NCBI GenBank assembly: GCA_977020255.1
Contig: CDROCS010001029.1
Span: forward strand, 1-64,000
Origin: Obrimoposthia wandeli
Taxonomy: Eukaryota
Length of the DNA: 64,000 nucleotides
Direction: 5' to 3'
Within the stretch, counting starts at the first letter, position 1. The number at the start of each line of letters is the position of its first letter. The notes under the pieces are model-generated. The model was not told where the DNA came from and did not search any database. It worked only from the letters and a program-made list of their open reading frames with translations. This document shows, one piece after another, positions 36,601 to 51,600 of this stretch. Position numbers and translations under genes: made by a program.

Positions 36601-39600
36601 TTTGACTTTCTTTATATTTGCAACCAGTGACATTTCTTTTGGGGCACCATTGACCAATACCAGTTGTGGCGGAAGTATTCCAAGAGAGAATCGAGAAAGG
36701 TGCATTCACAACAATGCAGTTTTAAAATTGTTATTCGTTTAGTTTAAATTATTTAAAAAGTATTTGAATAATTAACTATTTGAATGAAATTTGTTGATTG
36801 ATTAATTGCTATGGACTGTTATTAAACAAAGTCATGAGTATTAGTGTATTTTATAAATGGTGTCGTATATGTGGCATTGATTATTTCTCTCTACTTTGAA
36901 GTTATTTCATAAATAAAATATATCTAAATGGTGTAAAAATATTTAATTTACTTACAATTTAGATTACATTTTGGGAAAATTCTCCTATGCTAAAACTATT
37001 TCTCCTTATAAACTACAGAAAAGTTGTGTAATTGCAGAATGAACTTATGACTCCAGTCACGAACAACGCAGTCGATGCTTTGTCTAACTTGACCCTGGCG
37101 CTACTAGAGGATACTGGGTTTGTCTTATATTGTACCTATTCACTGAATTGATGTACTACACAAAATTATCTACGATAAATCTCTACAAAACATGTGCAAA
37201 AGTTTCTTTATACAATTTTATTATATGTTATTGGTTAATTGTATAAATCGTCAACAATGAGCACAGTAAATTTTCTCACACAGATAAATCTAAAATCTTT
37301 GATTTTAAACGCAATAATGAATAGAAAGCTCTCTGAATACGAAGCTCTATATGGAAAACTTTGAAAAGTGAATTGCTCATACGAACCCAGCCGAAAATTA
37401 TAGAGTTAATATCAGATATAAACAGACAATAAATGCAGTCCGTCTTTGATAATATTCTAGATCCAACTATCAATGTCAAAACCTACTCAACGATGAAGTT
37501 GATGATGCTCTCAAATACTGTGATGAAAACCATCGAAAATGATTACATACTGTAACTATATTTTCAACTAAAACATATCCATTCAAAATATACTGATAGG
37601 TCAAAATTAAATGTAAATAATTGACAAAATATAAGAAAAAGTTAAATATTGTTGAAGGAACAAACATATATTAAGATAATTCGTTGGATCTGATTGAACA
37701 GCCTCATCCACTTCTCTCTTTTGTCATCTCCACTTGAAGTGACTTTGTGACTTTTTCCAGTTTTCACTTTCTGTTCCACATTCAACTTCACAATTCATCT
37801 TGTCACTTGTTCGTTTTCAAATGTAATTGTACAGCTGCTGCAAAGAGTTTCTAGTTATCAGTGAATATAAAGATTTATTAAAGTCCAATCGATGGTCATG
37901 TGAAAAGTATTTCTGAATTCAATGTACGTGTACATGTATTCAGCAAATCGTTATGCACATTAAGTCTGGGAAATAAGTCAATAAGAAACTCCATAGCAAA
38001 AATAAAGATAATGCAAGAAGGAATGGAATACAGACTCTTTGTCACAGCTGTTGCAACCATATCCAAGGGTTTAATTGTTTTTCAATGTTAGCATCTTACC
38101 ACTTCTGTGCCTTATGGATATTAGAATTTATACGGATTTTGGAGATAGATGTACAAAACTTTCAAAAGACGATTTAATACGAATACCTAGGGGTCCATTT
38201 CTGATCAGCAGAACTGGTTATGTGAGATTGCACAAATCGTACCCATTAACAGCTTGAGAAATATTCACGTTATACTTGAAACAATGACTTCAGAAGTTAT
38301 ACAATTTTTAAAATTGAGGTTACATTACGAACACTCTATACTGTGCATTTGTGAATTTGGGTAATCGAGGCTGAAACTTCATTTTATAAAAACTTAATTC
38401 TGAACTCAGTTGGTACTTGGTGGACTATTCCAAGGCGGATAGGTTCACGCATGGAGCCGGTCTCGGCTGTACATTCACAAATTCCGGGTGCTATACATTC
38501 ATGCAGGAGCAAATGAGCAGGTTCGTTCTTTAAGATTATTTTTCTGTTCTTAATACATGTATAAATAAAACATGGTTCGGTTATGAAAACTTATCAACAG
38601 TTCGGACGTAAAATGAAATTGTCAAACAGTAGCGTTGCTCTACATCTAAAAAAAGTAAGATTATGCAATCACGTTAAATTTGTTTAAAATTGTAAGGCAT
38701 TTCTTTAGTAGGTTTAATAAGGTTTTGTCGTTTTAAATGAACAATATAATTAAAGTCAATCCTATTTCCAAAGAACAAATTATCATGTTCCTTAACTCTA
38801 GTTGGGAGGTGACAATTTGTCTCTCCTATGTTTGCGGCATCACACACGTGACAATGGAACTTATCAACTAAATTAGAGTTAGATATCCCATTAGCAACTC
38901 AAGCCTAATTGCTTTGTCAAAGACTTAGTTTAAAGTCATTTTGAACCTATCGAGTATGGGACGATCAGACAATTATTACGCAGGATTTCACTACAGTTTC
39001 CGCTATAACCCGATGAATATAATATGAATTTAAAACGGAATTTGTTTCTCAATAAACATTTCATTTCAATAAATTTATTTCAGACTAGCCAAGTCTCCCA
39101 AACATCCGTATAACTATTCAAATATTTCCTATGTCTTACATTTCAATAAATTCTTAACACAACGGAGTCCGTCGGAAAAATGCATTAAAATATATTAGTG
39201 GATGCTATTTCATATTAATTGGTTTCTAATATGTTTATAAAATAATATGCTTTTCTAGATAATTTTGTTTGTTTACTTTACTTTCATTTTTTTGGTTTGA
39301 GATTTTTTATCGAATTCTATCGTGAACAATATAATGTCGGGATCAAATTCAGAAAGCAAGTAACAAAAAGGCTAATAAATGGAAACTTTGTGGATCATTG
39401 GTGTTGATAACTAAATTTTTTGAAAGTTGTTAATATGAACATACTTGTTTTATGTAATTGTATTATATATTTACATGTATATTTAACTCATTATTGTATT
39501 AACGGTATAGTAAAGCCTATTATAGCAAATTATATTTGTAGTTTAAATGTGTTCAAAATAATAAAAATGTTGCCTTTCAGTCTCGAAAGCAAGATTTGGA

Positions 39601-42600
39601 TATATTTGGGAAAATTTCGCAAACTTTTTAATGATTTTATAAATGGGATATTTTAATAACATTTCGTTTTAATTCTAAGAAAGTGACATTTAGCTCAAGT
39701 TCTCCATTATGCATAAAATTTAATGAAAATTATTTCTCATTTTTCGTTTAGAATTTTCGTTTTTTTTTGAATTCTTTGAAATTCTTTGAACGAATTTAGA
39801 TTCTTAATTTGAGAATATCATTCCTGCATACGACTTATGATAAAATTAAAATAAGTTATATTTTAAAAAATAATGTAATTCTGTAATTTCAATATTTTAG
39901 AATACAGTAGCTGAAGTACTGCAGCTTTTTAAATGACTTTGGGTAGTTACAATGAAAATAATGTCTTTAATATAGCTCTAATATCTAATAAATCTATTAT
40001 GTAATATTTGATCGATTTTTAATTTTCCGCTAGACGATATTTCAAATAACAGCATTAAGTGACAAAAATAACTTTTAATTTTTTCCTTTTAACGTTTCTA
40101 AAATTAATTTCTAGTCTAAATATTATGAAAATGTTATAGGAAAAAATTCCATCTCGTCAGGATTTAGGGATATCGAAATTATCAGAAAACACATTTTTAT
40201 ACACAAAATAATATTTTGACATGCAAAATCTAAAATTGGGAACGATCAGTTACGAAAACATGAAATGCTTCTTTGGTTTCTTATAGATTCCATTGTTCCC
40301 AAAGTTAGCTAAAAATTTCAGCTTGCCGCTTAGAAAAATTAAAATGTCCTACTAAGTCATTTAACTGACTCTGAATTATTAATAAAGGTTCTCTAGATTT
40401 CGACATTTAAAATTATGCATCAATATTATCTTCATTCAACAAATACATTTAACAAATTACAGTAATAATAATTTTTTTATGGATATAAAGTTTTTTGTCG
40501 TTATCAGGATGCAAAACTATTCTTAGTAACTGTTTTCAAATGAAAAATCAAAAAAATTAACTTTATCCACATACGAGTGCTAAATCACCGAGAATTATTG
40601 GAACGAAGTTGAAAGTGAGCAAGGATGCATATTTTATTATAATGATATGGACTGGTTAAGTCAAGGAACCGTTTCAAAACGTTAAACAATTAAAATATGT
40701 TTTCTTGGATTCAAAAAAATCCAGACTGCATCTTAGTTTTTACCACTGTTGTAGACTGTTCTGCAGCATTTTATAAAGTATAGATTTGTATATATCTCCC
40801 AAACTCTCACAGGAACATGTCTATCGATCCGTACTGCAATCAGCCCATAGAGCCGGGTGATATATTCTCCTGCTCAAAAGCCAGAGACCACTACCACTTT
40901 TGTAACCTGAAACAACAGAACTACGTGTCACCCCAGTACCAGTACTTCTCCAGTCTCCCAGGGGTGCCACCTAGCCTCGTCAAATACTTTTCCGGCAGTA
41001 TGGAGTACAATGAATACTGTCCAAGCTACCAGGTACTGTCATGTTATTGTACTTTCTGTCTAGGTGTCGACCATACCTAAAGTTTAAGCCTTTTCCATGC
41101 CTGAACCGGAATTCGTGAAGCAATATTCAAAATTGGAAATAACCTTACTGTAGTTGGGTGTGTGCAGATGATTTCTTAAACTATCATGCGTAAAAAATAA
41201 AATGTTACTCTATCTCAGTTAACTCAAAAAGATCCAATTACTAGCATTTGAACACACAATTTTCATTAGCGATATTTTAAGGATCAAAGGATCCTCATTT
41301 ACACTAAAGTTATTCCAACCACCAAAAACCAAACCGGAGTGTTTTGTGAATTTCGTTTCTCCATCGACCAATGATAACGAGTATTGATTATGAATTGTGA
41401 AGATTGAGATGAGCTGATTACTCAAAGTATCTTTATTGATAATTTGTCACTTCATTGGCATATTGGCAAAAATAATATAGATAAATTAAAAATTTTAATT
41501 CAACGTTGGCCCACTTAAAATCGAAAACTGTGATATAATGAAAAATGGACTATTTAGACTAGTTTCTTAAAAAAATGTGTGCTTTATTTTGGCAAGTTTT
41601 ATCAGGGTTATAAATTACTCTTGATACGAGCTTCTACTTTTGTTGTTACATTTTCAAATTTCCATTGATTTTTGTCTCTGCCGTATATATTTTAAGAAGG
41701 TTAAGAATTTGGCTATTTCTAGGCCAGTAAAGATTCATGCACTCTTGTCTTCCGGATAGTTATATATATGATCTCGGAGGTATGACATACATATGCCATT
41801 TTCTTCAGGATACCACTCATCCACCTGTCTTTTCATGTGACTCTCCAAAGCTGTCAAGTACTGCTTCTTTCTCTTGGTACCCTTTATCAAAAATTGTTGT
41901 CACTACTGTAAACAAATATAAGTGTTTCAATAAAAGTAAAATTAAACTTTTTATAAGTCCAGATTCGTTTATGCACTTCATATAAAAACGGTTAAATTGA
42001 CTTCATACTTTGTTTCTAAATATATAATTTTTAGCAACATTTTAAATACATTGATCTTACCGTTGCGTAGAAATGTTGTGTCCTTCATAAAATTACGTCT
42101 TGCTCCATAACCTATCGTAAATGAGACTTTTTGTGATTATATTTACATTTTAAAAATATTCAAGTGACTCCGTCATAATTATGAAAATAAGTTCAATTGT
42201 AACATTTAATGTGAGCTACATAAAAACATTTATTTTTGATTTGTGTATCAAATATGCATCAGATTTAATACAGTTTCTCTAAATAAAACTTGATTGGCGA
42301 TGTTTGCAGTGTTTGCAGTGTTTCTCACTTCGAATAAGTATGGAAAAAGGTACAACTTGTAAATCACGCAAATATAAATACGGACATTGACATCTGTGAA
42401 ATGATATATATTCTTAATTTAATTCTAAGCGATATCAAATATGATACTATATAAATAAAGTGGTACAAAATAAGTTAAAAAGACTATATATACAAAGAAA
42501 ATGATTATTTATTGGGTGAAGAAACGTGTTTGTTTTACAAACTAGTTTTAAGCCATTCAAGTCATAATAATTACTTTGGCCAAGATCAATATTATGCTGC

Positions 42601-45600
42601 CATTTGTATGGACAAAAATTATGGAGTCTCTCTTGTATATAAGATACCAAGGGAGGCTCGATAAGAAAAAAATCTTTATGTGATTTTTTGGTACTGTTTT
42701 AGATTTAATACAGAAGTCTACAAGTTTTATTGTGGTTTACATATATGACTAAGTAGAAACAATATTGTAAACAGTTTCTATCAGGACGAAGACAATTAAA
42801 ATATGCACACTTATTGCACTTAACTTAACTTATTGCTTGTATAGTGCTTGTACACTTTGCATTTTCTATCTTTGTGGCTTCACCATTGCTGTGCAATGTC
42901 CCACTTTATCAAACTGTATTATCTTTTAGCAATTTCTGCATATAATACCAATTTGTTACCACCTGAAACTTCAATAGTGTGATTCCCACGTCGAGGAGTA
43001 CCATTTGATGACTTTGTTTTATCTGTAAGTAATAACACTGAGCTGATTGATGTTGTGAACTTCAAGAGATCAATATTGATCTGCATTTCATTTGTAATAA
43101 ATACAACTTCTTCATGATCAGAATCTTCATATTTTCATAATTCAAGACCTTATTATCTGACAAACCAGCACCCAGAAGAGCCGTTAAAATAGTTTTCCAT
43201 CTCCCAAACTGATTAAGTTTTACTTTGTTATCCATATCAACTCAAGGGGACTTTTAATCATGATGGGTTAAGAAATAGACGGTTTAAGCGGATTTTCAAA
43301 AATAAAGATAAACAGAAATTCGTGTAGCAAATAACATTACATATTTTATTTAAAAAATCGATTATATTAGTTTGTTTTTTGCTATTAAGAAAGCGACTAT
43401 AAATTCCCTAATTCAAAGATGAAAAAGAGAATGAAGTTATGTCCATACTTAGTTGTTCCGTGTATTAACGATGAGTCTCAACAACATTGATGGTATCCAT
43501 CAGTTTTATTACTTGTGGCTCATCTTTTGAAAGATCCTCAATATTTTCAATTAATATCCCATTTTTCACTGATATTTTGAAATTGACAAATGAAAACGTC
43601 ATCTCGGTCGATTTTGGGTACATTTAGTCCACAATTTCGAGTTGTTCCTAAACTTACAAGAAAACGTACTTTGATGTCATAAAAATTAGGAGTTCGCAAT
43701 TTGTATAAAAATTAGGAAATGAATTCTACATATAAAAGTAATTTAATTATCTTCTAGTTTTCAGTATATAAAAAGTTAGCGTAAGAAATATTTATGTGAT
43801 AAATTTATAAATGTGTTTAAATATATTAAATTATAAAAACACTAACGTGATTATATGAATAAATACCAAATAAAAATTTATTACTTAAAATATTAAATTG
43901 TTATTAGTTTAAAATAAAACCTTAACAAATTTCTATTGTATTTTAAAATTAGCAACACTATTTCAACTAGTGCGCTTAAAATTTTGGATTTAAATTATTT
44001 CAATTTAACCAAATCATAAAATTTATTTTATAAAAATTTAATACATATAACTTTTTTATTATAAATAAATAGCAGCTAAAACTACATTTTTAATATTGAA
44101 ATATATTATGTTTATTATATACTAAAATTTCACTGAGTTCTTTTTATGAAACAGATTAACAACAAACCCGAATGTCTGGTGCAATTAACCACATAGCTAA
44201 TTTTGACTGTCTTCTAAGCCAACCTCAAAAAGTTGAAACTGTTCAAAAGTGTTGACTGAAATATATTTTTAGTGACAATAGATCATCCAAGAAAGCCATT
44301 ATTTCAGATAATTATGGTTCATATTTGTATTACTTTCATATGTAAGTAATACGATAAACTACTTTAATTTTTTAAAACTAATATTATTTTGTGTAACCAT
44401 ATTTAATTTAGAATAAATAATAAATTTAAATCGTAACTTTGTCATAAATTTAGTTTACTAACATTTTTAATACTTTGTATTATCACTGCTGAACTGATTT
44501 AAAATGACTTTGATTATGAGTTAAATAGTATATTTTACTATCATTGTCACACTTTCTTGGAGAGTTACGAGTTAGATGGTTAGACGTGTTAAAATTGACT
44601 TAGTCTTTATTTTTCTGTGTGGATTTTTATGGCTGAAGTCTACTGTATCATTTATTATGATTACTCTTAAATAGTAGTATCTACTAAACTATGATGTAAT
44701 ACGATAAGGAACTGCAGAAAATTTGACTAAATTATGTATTGAATATAAAAACTTATGCCTAATTAAAACAGGAAAGTGAGTTTAATAAAATAAATATGTT
44801 CTATCAAAAGTAAACATGTTTACTGATGCACACATCCTTACATTTGGGTGAAATATTATCTCGTAATGGAACAGCATATATGTGGTGTCCAGGAGAACAA
44901 AAGCGGAATAAATTGAATATATCATGGTGTTTTACCGGTTTAGAAGATTATTTACATTCGGAATGAAGTTAGTTGATTTAAATTATTTCTATAGAGCCAG
45001 CTCCAGCTCGCTGAAACTGTTGTTGAACATATTGCAATAACACATGTTCATTCATTGAATAGAATGCGTCAATTTCTGTGTTTATCCCATAATACAAATA
45101 TGTGTTTCCAATGACAATATAAACCATCTTCTCAATCACTATGTAAACAGTTCAACATGCTGTTTAAATAAATATAGATCACTCACAAAATCAATGATTA
45201 TAGGCTAAGCAATAAACTGAAGAGCTGATGATGATTCACAACAGAGTATCACAAAAGTGAAAACAGCGTCAGTGTCATTATATTGTACGGATGGCACGGA
45301 TGCTGGGGTAATTGTCTTTTCTGATGAAAAATTGTTCACTGTTGAGGCCCAGTTCAACTTGCAGAACGACAGAATTTTAGCTAAGAGTGCTGATAGCATT
45401 CCCAGTTCGGTAAAATCCGTTTACCGTCGCCAAAAACCTAGCTCGGTAATGGTATGGGCTGCCATCTCTGAGAATTGGAGATCCTCTCTCATTTTTATTA
45501 AATAGGGTGCCAAAGTTAACGCAAACTCGTACATCCAGGATATTTTGACTCCAGCCCATGTTGAAATGAAGAAACATTCCAAAAATGACCCTTTCACATT

Positions 45601-48600
45601 CCAACAGGACGGTGCGCCCTCTCACACTGCGAACAAAACTCAGGACTGGTGTGAGAATCACTTTCCAGCTTTCTGGAGGAAGGAATTGTGGCCTCCTTCA
45701 TCACCTGACTTGAACCCTCTGGACTTTTGTGTCTGGTCCATCTTGGAGAGAGAGGCCTGTGCTACAGCCCATGATAATACAGAAGCTTTGAAGAAGTCTC
45801 TTAAGCGGGAATGGGCCAAAATTCCCCAGGAATCCTTTCGTGCCGCAGTGAAGAGCTTCAGGGGGAGACTTGAGCGTGTAATTGAAGCCAAAGGCGGCCA
45901 CATTGAAAAATACATAGTATACATGTTAAATAGAGCTCTAACAAATTGTGTGTGTTATTTTTTGTTTAATTTCAACCTTTATTAATTGTTAAATTTAACG
46001 TTTTATGAGATCGGGGACTTTCTCCGCACCCTGTATAGCCCAAACTTCATAATGAACTCCAATTTGGAAACCAAAATACAAACGGTATCAAGCTTAGGCC
46101 TAGGATACATTTTATTTCTTGTGGTCATCAATTTGCCACTAACTTAGCAGAATTATTTGGAAGGTTTTTGGATTAAAAATCACTGCCAATGATTTCATTA
46201 ATTATCGGCGTTGTAGAACTGTGACATAACTCAAAGAATTTGAAAAATAATGTTAAAAATATAAATTAAAATGTTTAATTTAACCTCAAAATGAAGCATT
46301 TAAACAAACATAAAAAATCTTTTGAGAATCATTCAAATTAAAACAGTCTAATTTTCTTTCGAGCAGTAAAATTTTTGCTAGTCGTGTAATTACTTTCTGC
46401 ACGTTACTGTTTATAATTGACAAATGATAATAGACATACTAGACTCTAGTAACTAGTAATATTAGCCCATTTAGGGCAGTGTAAGCCGCTTTATAATGCA
46501 AATAAATAAAATTTACATTAATAAGTTTAAAGTAATTTCGGAGAATTAATGACATGTTGATGGATGATCAAGCCAATATCCTCAGCCGGGTATCAGTCCT
46601 TCTGACACAGCTCTATTTCAATGTTGCTCAATAGCTAAAATCTTGGGGAGTTCTCTGATATTGGAGAAGAATTTGTTGTATGTGTTGGGGTTTCTAATTG
46701 AAACGTTTCGCTTTGATTCGATTAGATTCTCGTATGGGGCCCCCAACGTGAGTTCTGTAGCAATATGGCTTACAGATGGATGTGGCCTATTTTGGGTTTA
46801 TCTTACTTAACTTAGTCTCAAACTGAAGGGTTTGTGATATTGTTTCGTGAGATATGTACAGAGATATCTTCACAATACATATATTAGGGTTCTCACTAGT
46901 GTAGTGTGATGTGTAAAGTATTTAGTGGTGCTTTACAAGTATACGATAGAGACCTGAAGTAATCCTAGTCAAACTGTAGGAGAACTATATTATTACACAA
47001 ACTAAAAAGGGTTTAACAATTTGACAAGTAGGTTGTCGTACAACAATTAATTCAGACACGCTATAACAAGGAAATGACCCTCTACTGATTTTACGCTCCT
47101 AAACCAAAATTGCATAGTTAAGGAAAATGTTATTTAGCCACAACTTTGGTTCCTTCAATGTAACTTTTACTTTACCTAGAAATATAACCAAATTTACTTT
47201 TACTTTACCTAGAAATATAACCAAATTCCCATTTACTTTATCTTGAAATATAACTAAATTTCCGTTTACTTTATCTTGAAATATAACTACTTCTCTTTTA
47301 CTTTATCTGTAGATACAACAAAATTCATTTTTAATTTTTCTTGAAATAAAACTACTTCTCACTAAGATCAGTTTTGATGTGAATTGATTCGGTCCAGACG
47401 TCTGTGTCGCAGTTCGTTCCGAAAATGTTCTAGATCCGTTACGAGCTGGTATGGTGGTTCCGGAATGTCACACCGCGATCCGTTCTGCTGATATCCCTTC
47501 GGTTTTAGGTTCTGAATATTGTAGTGTTGAGATTCTTCTTCTCGCAAGCTATAGTCCTATTTATATTAATCTTCTATTGAGTTTCCAATTTATCAATCCT
47601 CTATCGAGTTTTCAATTTATATCAATAAAACCTGTGCTTCAGCTGTGAATTCCCGACTTATGTAATGGGAAAAATATTCAATTAAAATGGCACTTAGTTT
47701 AAGTGCGTCTTACCTTCGCTAGTCCTGGCAGTTGGTAGCTCGCACGTCCTAATGGACTCCGAGTCTAGGAGTGAATAGCAACTGGTTTATTTCCCAGCGG
47801 TTGGGCTACTTGCTATTTAAATTAGCTTATTGTTCTTCTTTCCCTGGGTTTTTCGTTCTGTCTTAATAGTCTTTTCCTTATTCGTCTTAATATTATTCTC
47901 TTGACCCCGTCCATTTAATTTTACCCCTTCAAGATCCTAAGTTATTTTAATTTTATTTTAAAACAATTTTTTGATTTTTTAATTATATTAATTCTATTTT
48001 AACCTTCAATTCAAGGTTTACGTTTTCTATAAACAGCTATTACTTTAATTTTATTTTAAAACTTTCCTAATTTAAACATATGCATGGTCAGATAGGAGAG
48101 TTATTGTATATGTATCTAATTTATCTTTATTTTTTCAGTTGCTAGACCATCGCATTACTTCACTCTCAAGTTCTGATGAAAATGGTAATACATGATATCA
48201 GTTTTCACACATACATAGAAAGCGTAGCTATTGCTTTTGTAAGAAAACAACAGTACACACACGTAAAATAACGAGTCGTAAAAAACATTCTAATTGGAAA
48301 GAAGTAAAACAAAATGTTCCTCATAGTATAAAATAGGAATATTTAAACAAAATTAAATACTGTTTCGAAATAAATGGAATTTGTGAAGCGGGTATGTCCA
48401 TTCAACTAATGTACACCATGAATCCAGCACTGTTTTTATTTATCATTTCAAAGATTTCATTGACTTATTAGAAAGAAATGTAAAAATATCGTCTAAACCA
48501 AAGTTTACTCTCATTCAGATTCTGACAAACCCAAATACGATTTGTTCGGACGTCAGCAACTTCAACCTTTCTGGTTAGTAAGAATAATTTTATCTAAGTT

Positions 48601-51600
48601 TCACAAAATATCAATAAAAATATAATCGTTTCTATCCATTTTCAGATAGTTTGACTTCAGTTCCTTCATATTTTGGAAACGATTCAATGTGTTTTGAGAC
48701 TGAGGTGCCGAAAGAAGTTTTTAATTATTTTGGAGCTTCTTGTCAAAAGGTTTTTCTATTATTTATAAATATTTATACTCTTTATAAATATGAGTAGTTG
48801 AATTAATACTCTTTAATTAAATTATTATGTTTATATATTAATATATTTGTGATGTTTAGCATGTGGTTCTAGTTAAAAGTGCACGTAAATACAATTTATA
48901 ATACGAATATTAAAAAGAAAAAAGTCAATGTAGTTAAATATGGATTTACAATTTTACAAAATGTCTGTAATCTCTGATTGTTGATTTCTTGAAAACTGAA
49001 TGGTCTGGATTTCATCATTTAATTTCCTGGAAATTTCAGCAATTTTTTGGTTATCGACGATAGCTTATCTTACTTCAAATCGCATGGGAAAAAATCGTCA
49101 GCACATTTTATTGCATTATTTTAATTCGTCATCTTTTGATTGGAGTCGGCAATTACTTCATCGTCAACGACTAGATCTTAAGGAGAGAAACCGAAAGATT
49201 CGAGGCATCAGCACAGATTTGAACACCATTGTCTATCGCAGCATCTTCTTCCATTTTCGTTTCATCGAAAAAATGCCCACCAGAATGTGACTCAAACGAT
49301 CTAAAGTCAGAATTTTTCTATTTCGGCCACAAATGGTATAGCCACGTTTGATTGCAAGTCAGGATTGGAAACAGCTGCTAAAATAAAATAATCTAAATGT
49401 TAAATATTAATTATATTTAATGTACTACTTTAATATGCAAGTGATATATTTATAATTAACTTAAATTAGTTTTAAAAAATATAAAATATGTTATATAGAA
49501 AGAATAATTAAAGCGAAATGTATAAATACTATTTATTTAAAGCAGGGGTTCCCTAACTTTATTGGCTTCGGAACTCTTTGGTATTATTTAAAAAATAATG
49601 GAACCGCTACCTATTTAAAAATACTTAAAGTGATACCATAAAGTGAAGAATAAAAATAAAACCTATTTTTGTAGATATAAGAATAAAAAAAAAGTTATAC
49701 AAATGAAGTACTTTTTAAGTAGCTATGCCTGGTAGAGGCGAGTAACGTTAAAGCCAATTTTTGTAAATTTATTTTTTATTAAATTTCAGCTTGCGGAACC
49801 CCTGATTTTGTCTACAGAACACTAGGGTTCCGCGGAACCCACTTTGAGAACACCTGATTTAAAGCAAAGATTGTTAACAAATGCTTCTTAAAAATGCAAA
49901 AAGATAAATTTTAAATTGAAAAAGTAAATTTTTTTGAAATATATAGAGTGATATTTGGTAATTTTTAAGAATAAAATAAGATACCATCAAATACTTTTAA
50001 AACTCGAATTTTTATTGTGCTATTGGTCGTATTTCGCGTTGTTTTGATGAATAAAGAGGATAAAATCTGTATTTAGACTTAATCCGTGACCTTGAAATTA
50101 AACTTAAATTCTTTTTAGCTTTTCCTAAAGATCTACTCTTATGATGAAAACTAAATTTCTTCCTTTTCCATGTGTAAGAAATTCAAATTACCAACAAAAA
50201 TATTCTGATAGACCAAATAAGTTTATCTCAAGCTATACATGTTTTAAATGAATTACTCTTAATTACACGGGATGACAGCTATGGGATGTTAAAGTAATGA
50301 TTAAAAACTTCCACGTAAAACATTTATTTAAATTCTATTAACACCTTCTAATGCGCTGTGACATTTTTAAGAAAAGTTGTAGAGTCAAAGAAATTTTTAT
50401 ATATAATGTTGCTTATATCATTTTATGATTTGTGACAAATTTTCCTTAGAATCTGTCATTTCGTTATAATTATATATTAAAATAATTTTTAAATGCAATA
50501 CATAATTAAAAAAGAACCCTAATATAAAATAAAATGATCAAAAAATCCAATTAATATTTCTTTACTTCCATTAATTTGCATTTTCATAATTAAATATCAG
50601 TTTTGTTGTCTTAAAAATACTTGTACATCGCTTTTCGACCAAATTTATTCTACAAGAATTTTTCTTCATAAAATTTCTATATTATGCATTTCTTGAAGTC
50701 TTCAGTCCACGTTCATCAGAATATTTGCCTATGTAGCGTGATTTTTGTGCTAGGTGTTGTTGAATATGGGGAATCCGTTTCTTTACAACGTAAAACTAAA
50801 TTTGCATGCTTTATATTCGTGCAATTATTGCAATCGAAATATTCAATTACTTTGATGAATCATTTTTCTCAAATGTGCAAAAATGACAATCATGTTTTAT
50901 ATGAGTTGAGCATTCCGTTTACATATCAGGTCTACTAAATGAGATTTCAGTTAAATTGCTCTATTGAACAATTGGTCTGAACAACTGGTTGCGAAATAAT
51001 TCCATAACGTGCATTTCAGATTTATCTTCCATTAATAATATTTGCACATATGCAACAAAATTTCTTTTAACCGTTCATATGACACCGTTTTCTAATTTTT
51101 AAAATATTTAGGCCCCTTTTGAAATTACAATAACAAATTATTAAAATGTATCTTTGATTTAAATACCAAATATAACGTATGTACTCTCATGTAAGCTGCA
51201 CTTCAATTTCGTTCAATTATATTAAAAACTTTATTAAAATATTGTGCTCTAATACTTATAAGTCAGAGAATTTAATAAAATCATTGTCGTCATTTAAAAG
51301 ATAATCAAATGAAAAACAATCTTAAAATTTAGTTTTTTCGAGGTTTATCGAGAGGCCCTTTCAGGTATAGTCTCAAAATTCGAACGGAAATTACAAATCT
51401 ATCTTGTATTCATATAACAAAAATATTTTAATTTTATAAGAACTTCTGTTTAAATTTTAAGTGGTTATCTCTAATAAATAAAAAGTTATTAACACTAGAA
51501 CTACCAAGCAATCAATTTTACTGCATTTTATTTTTCAGACATTTGTAGCTCATAGATTACTATTGCTGGATACTTGAAATTTATTGACTTTTAATATAAT

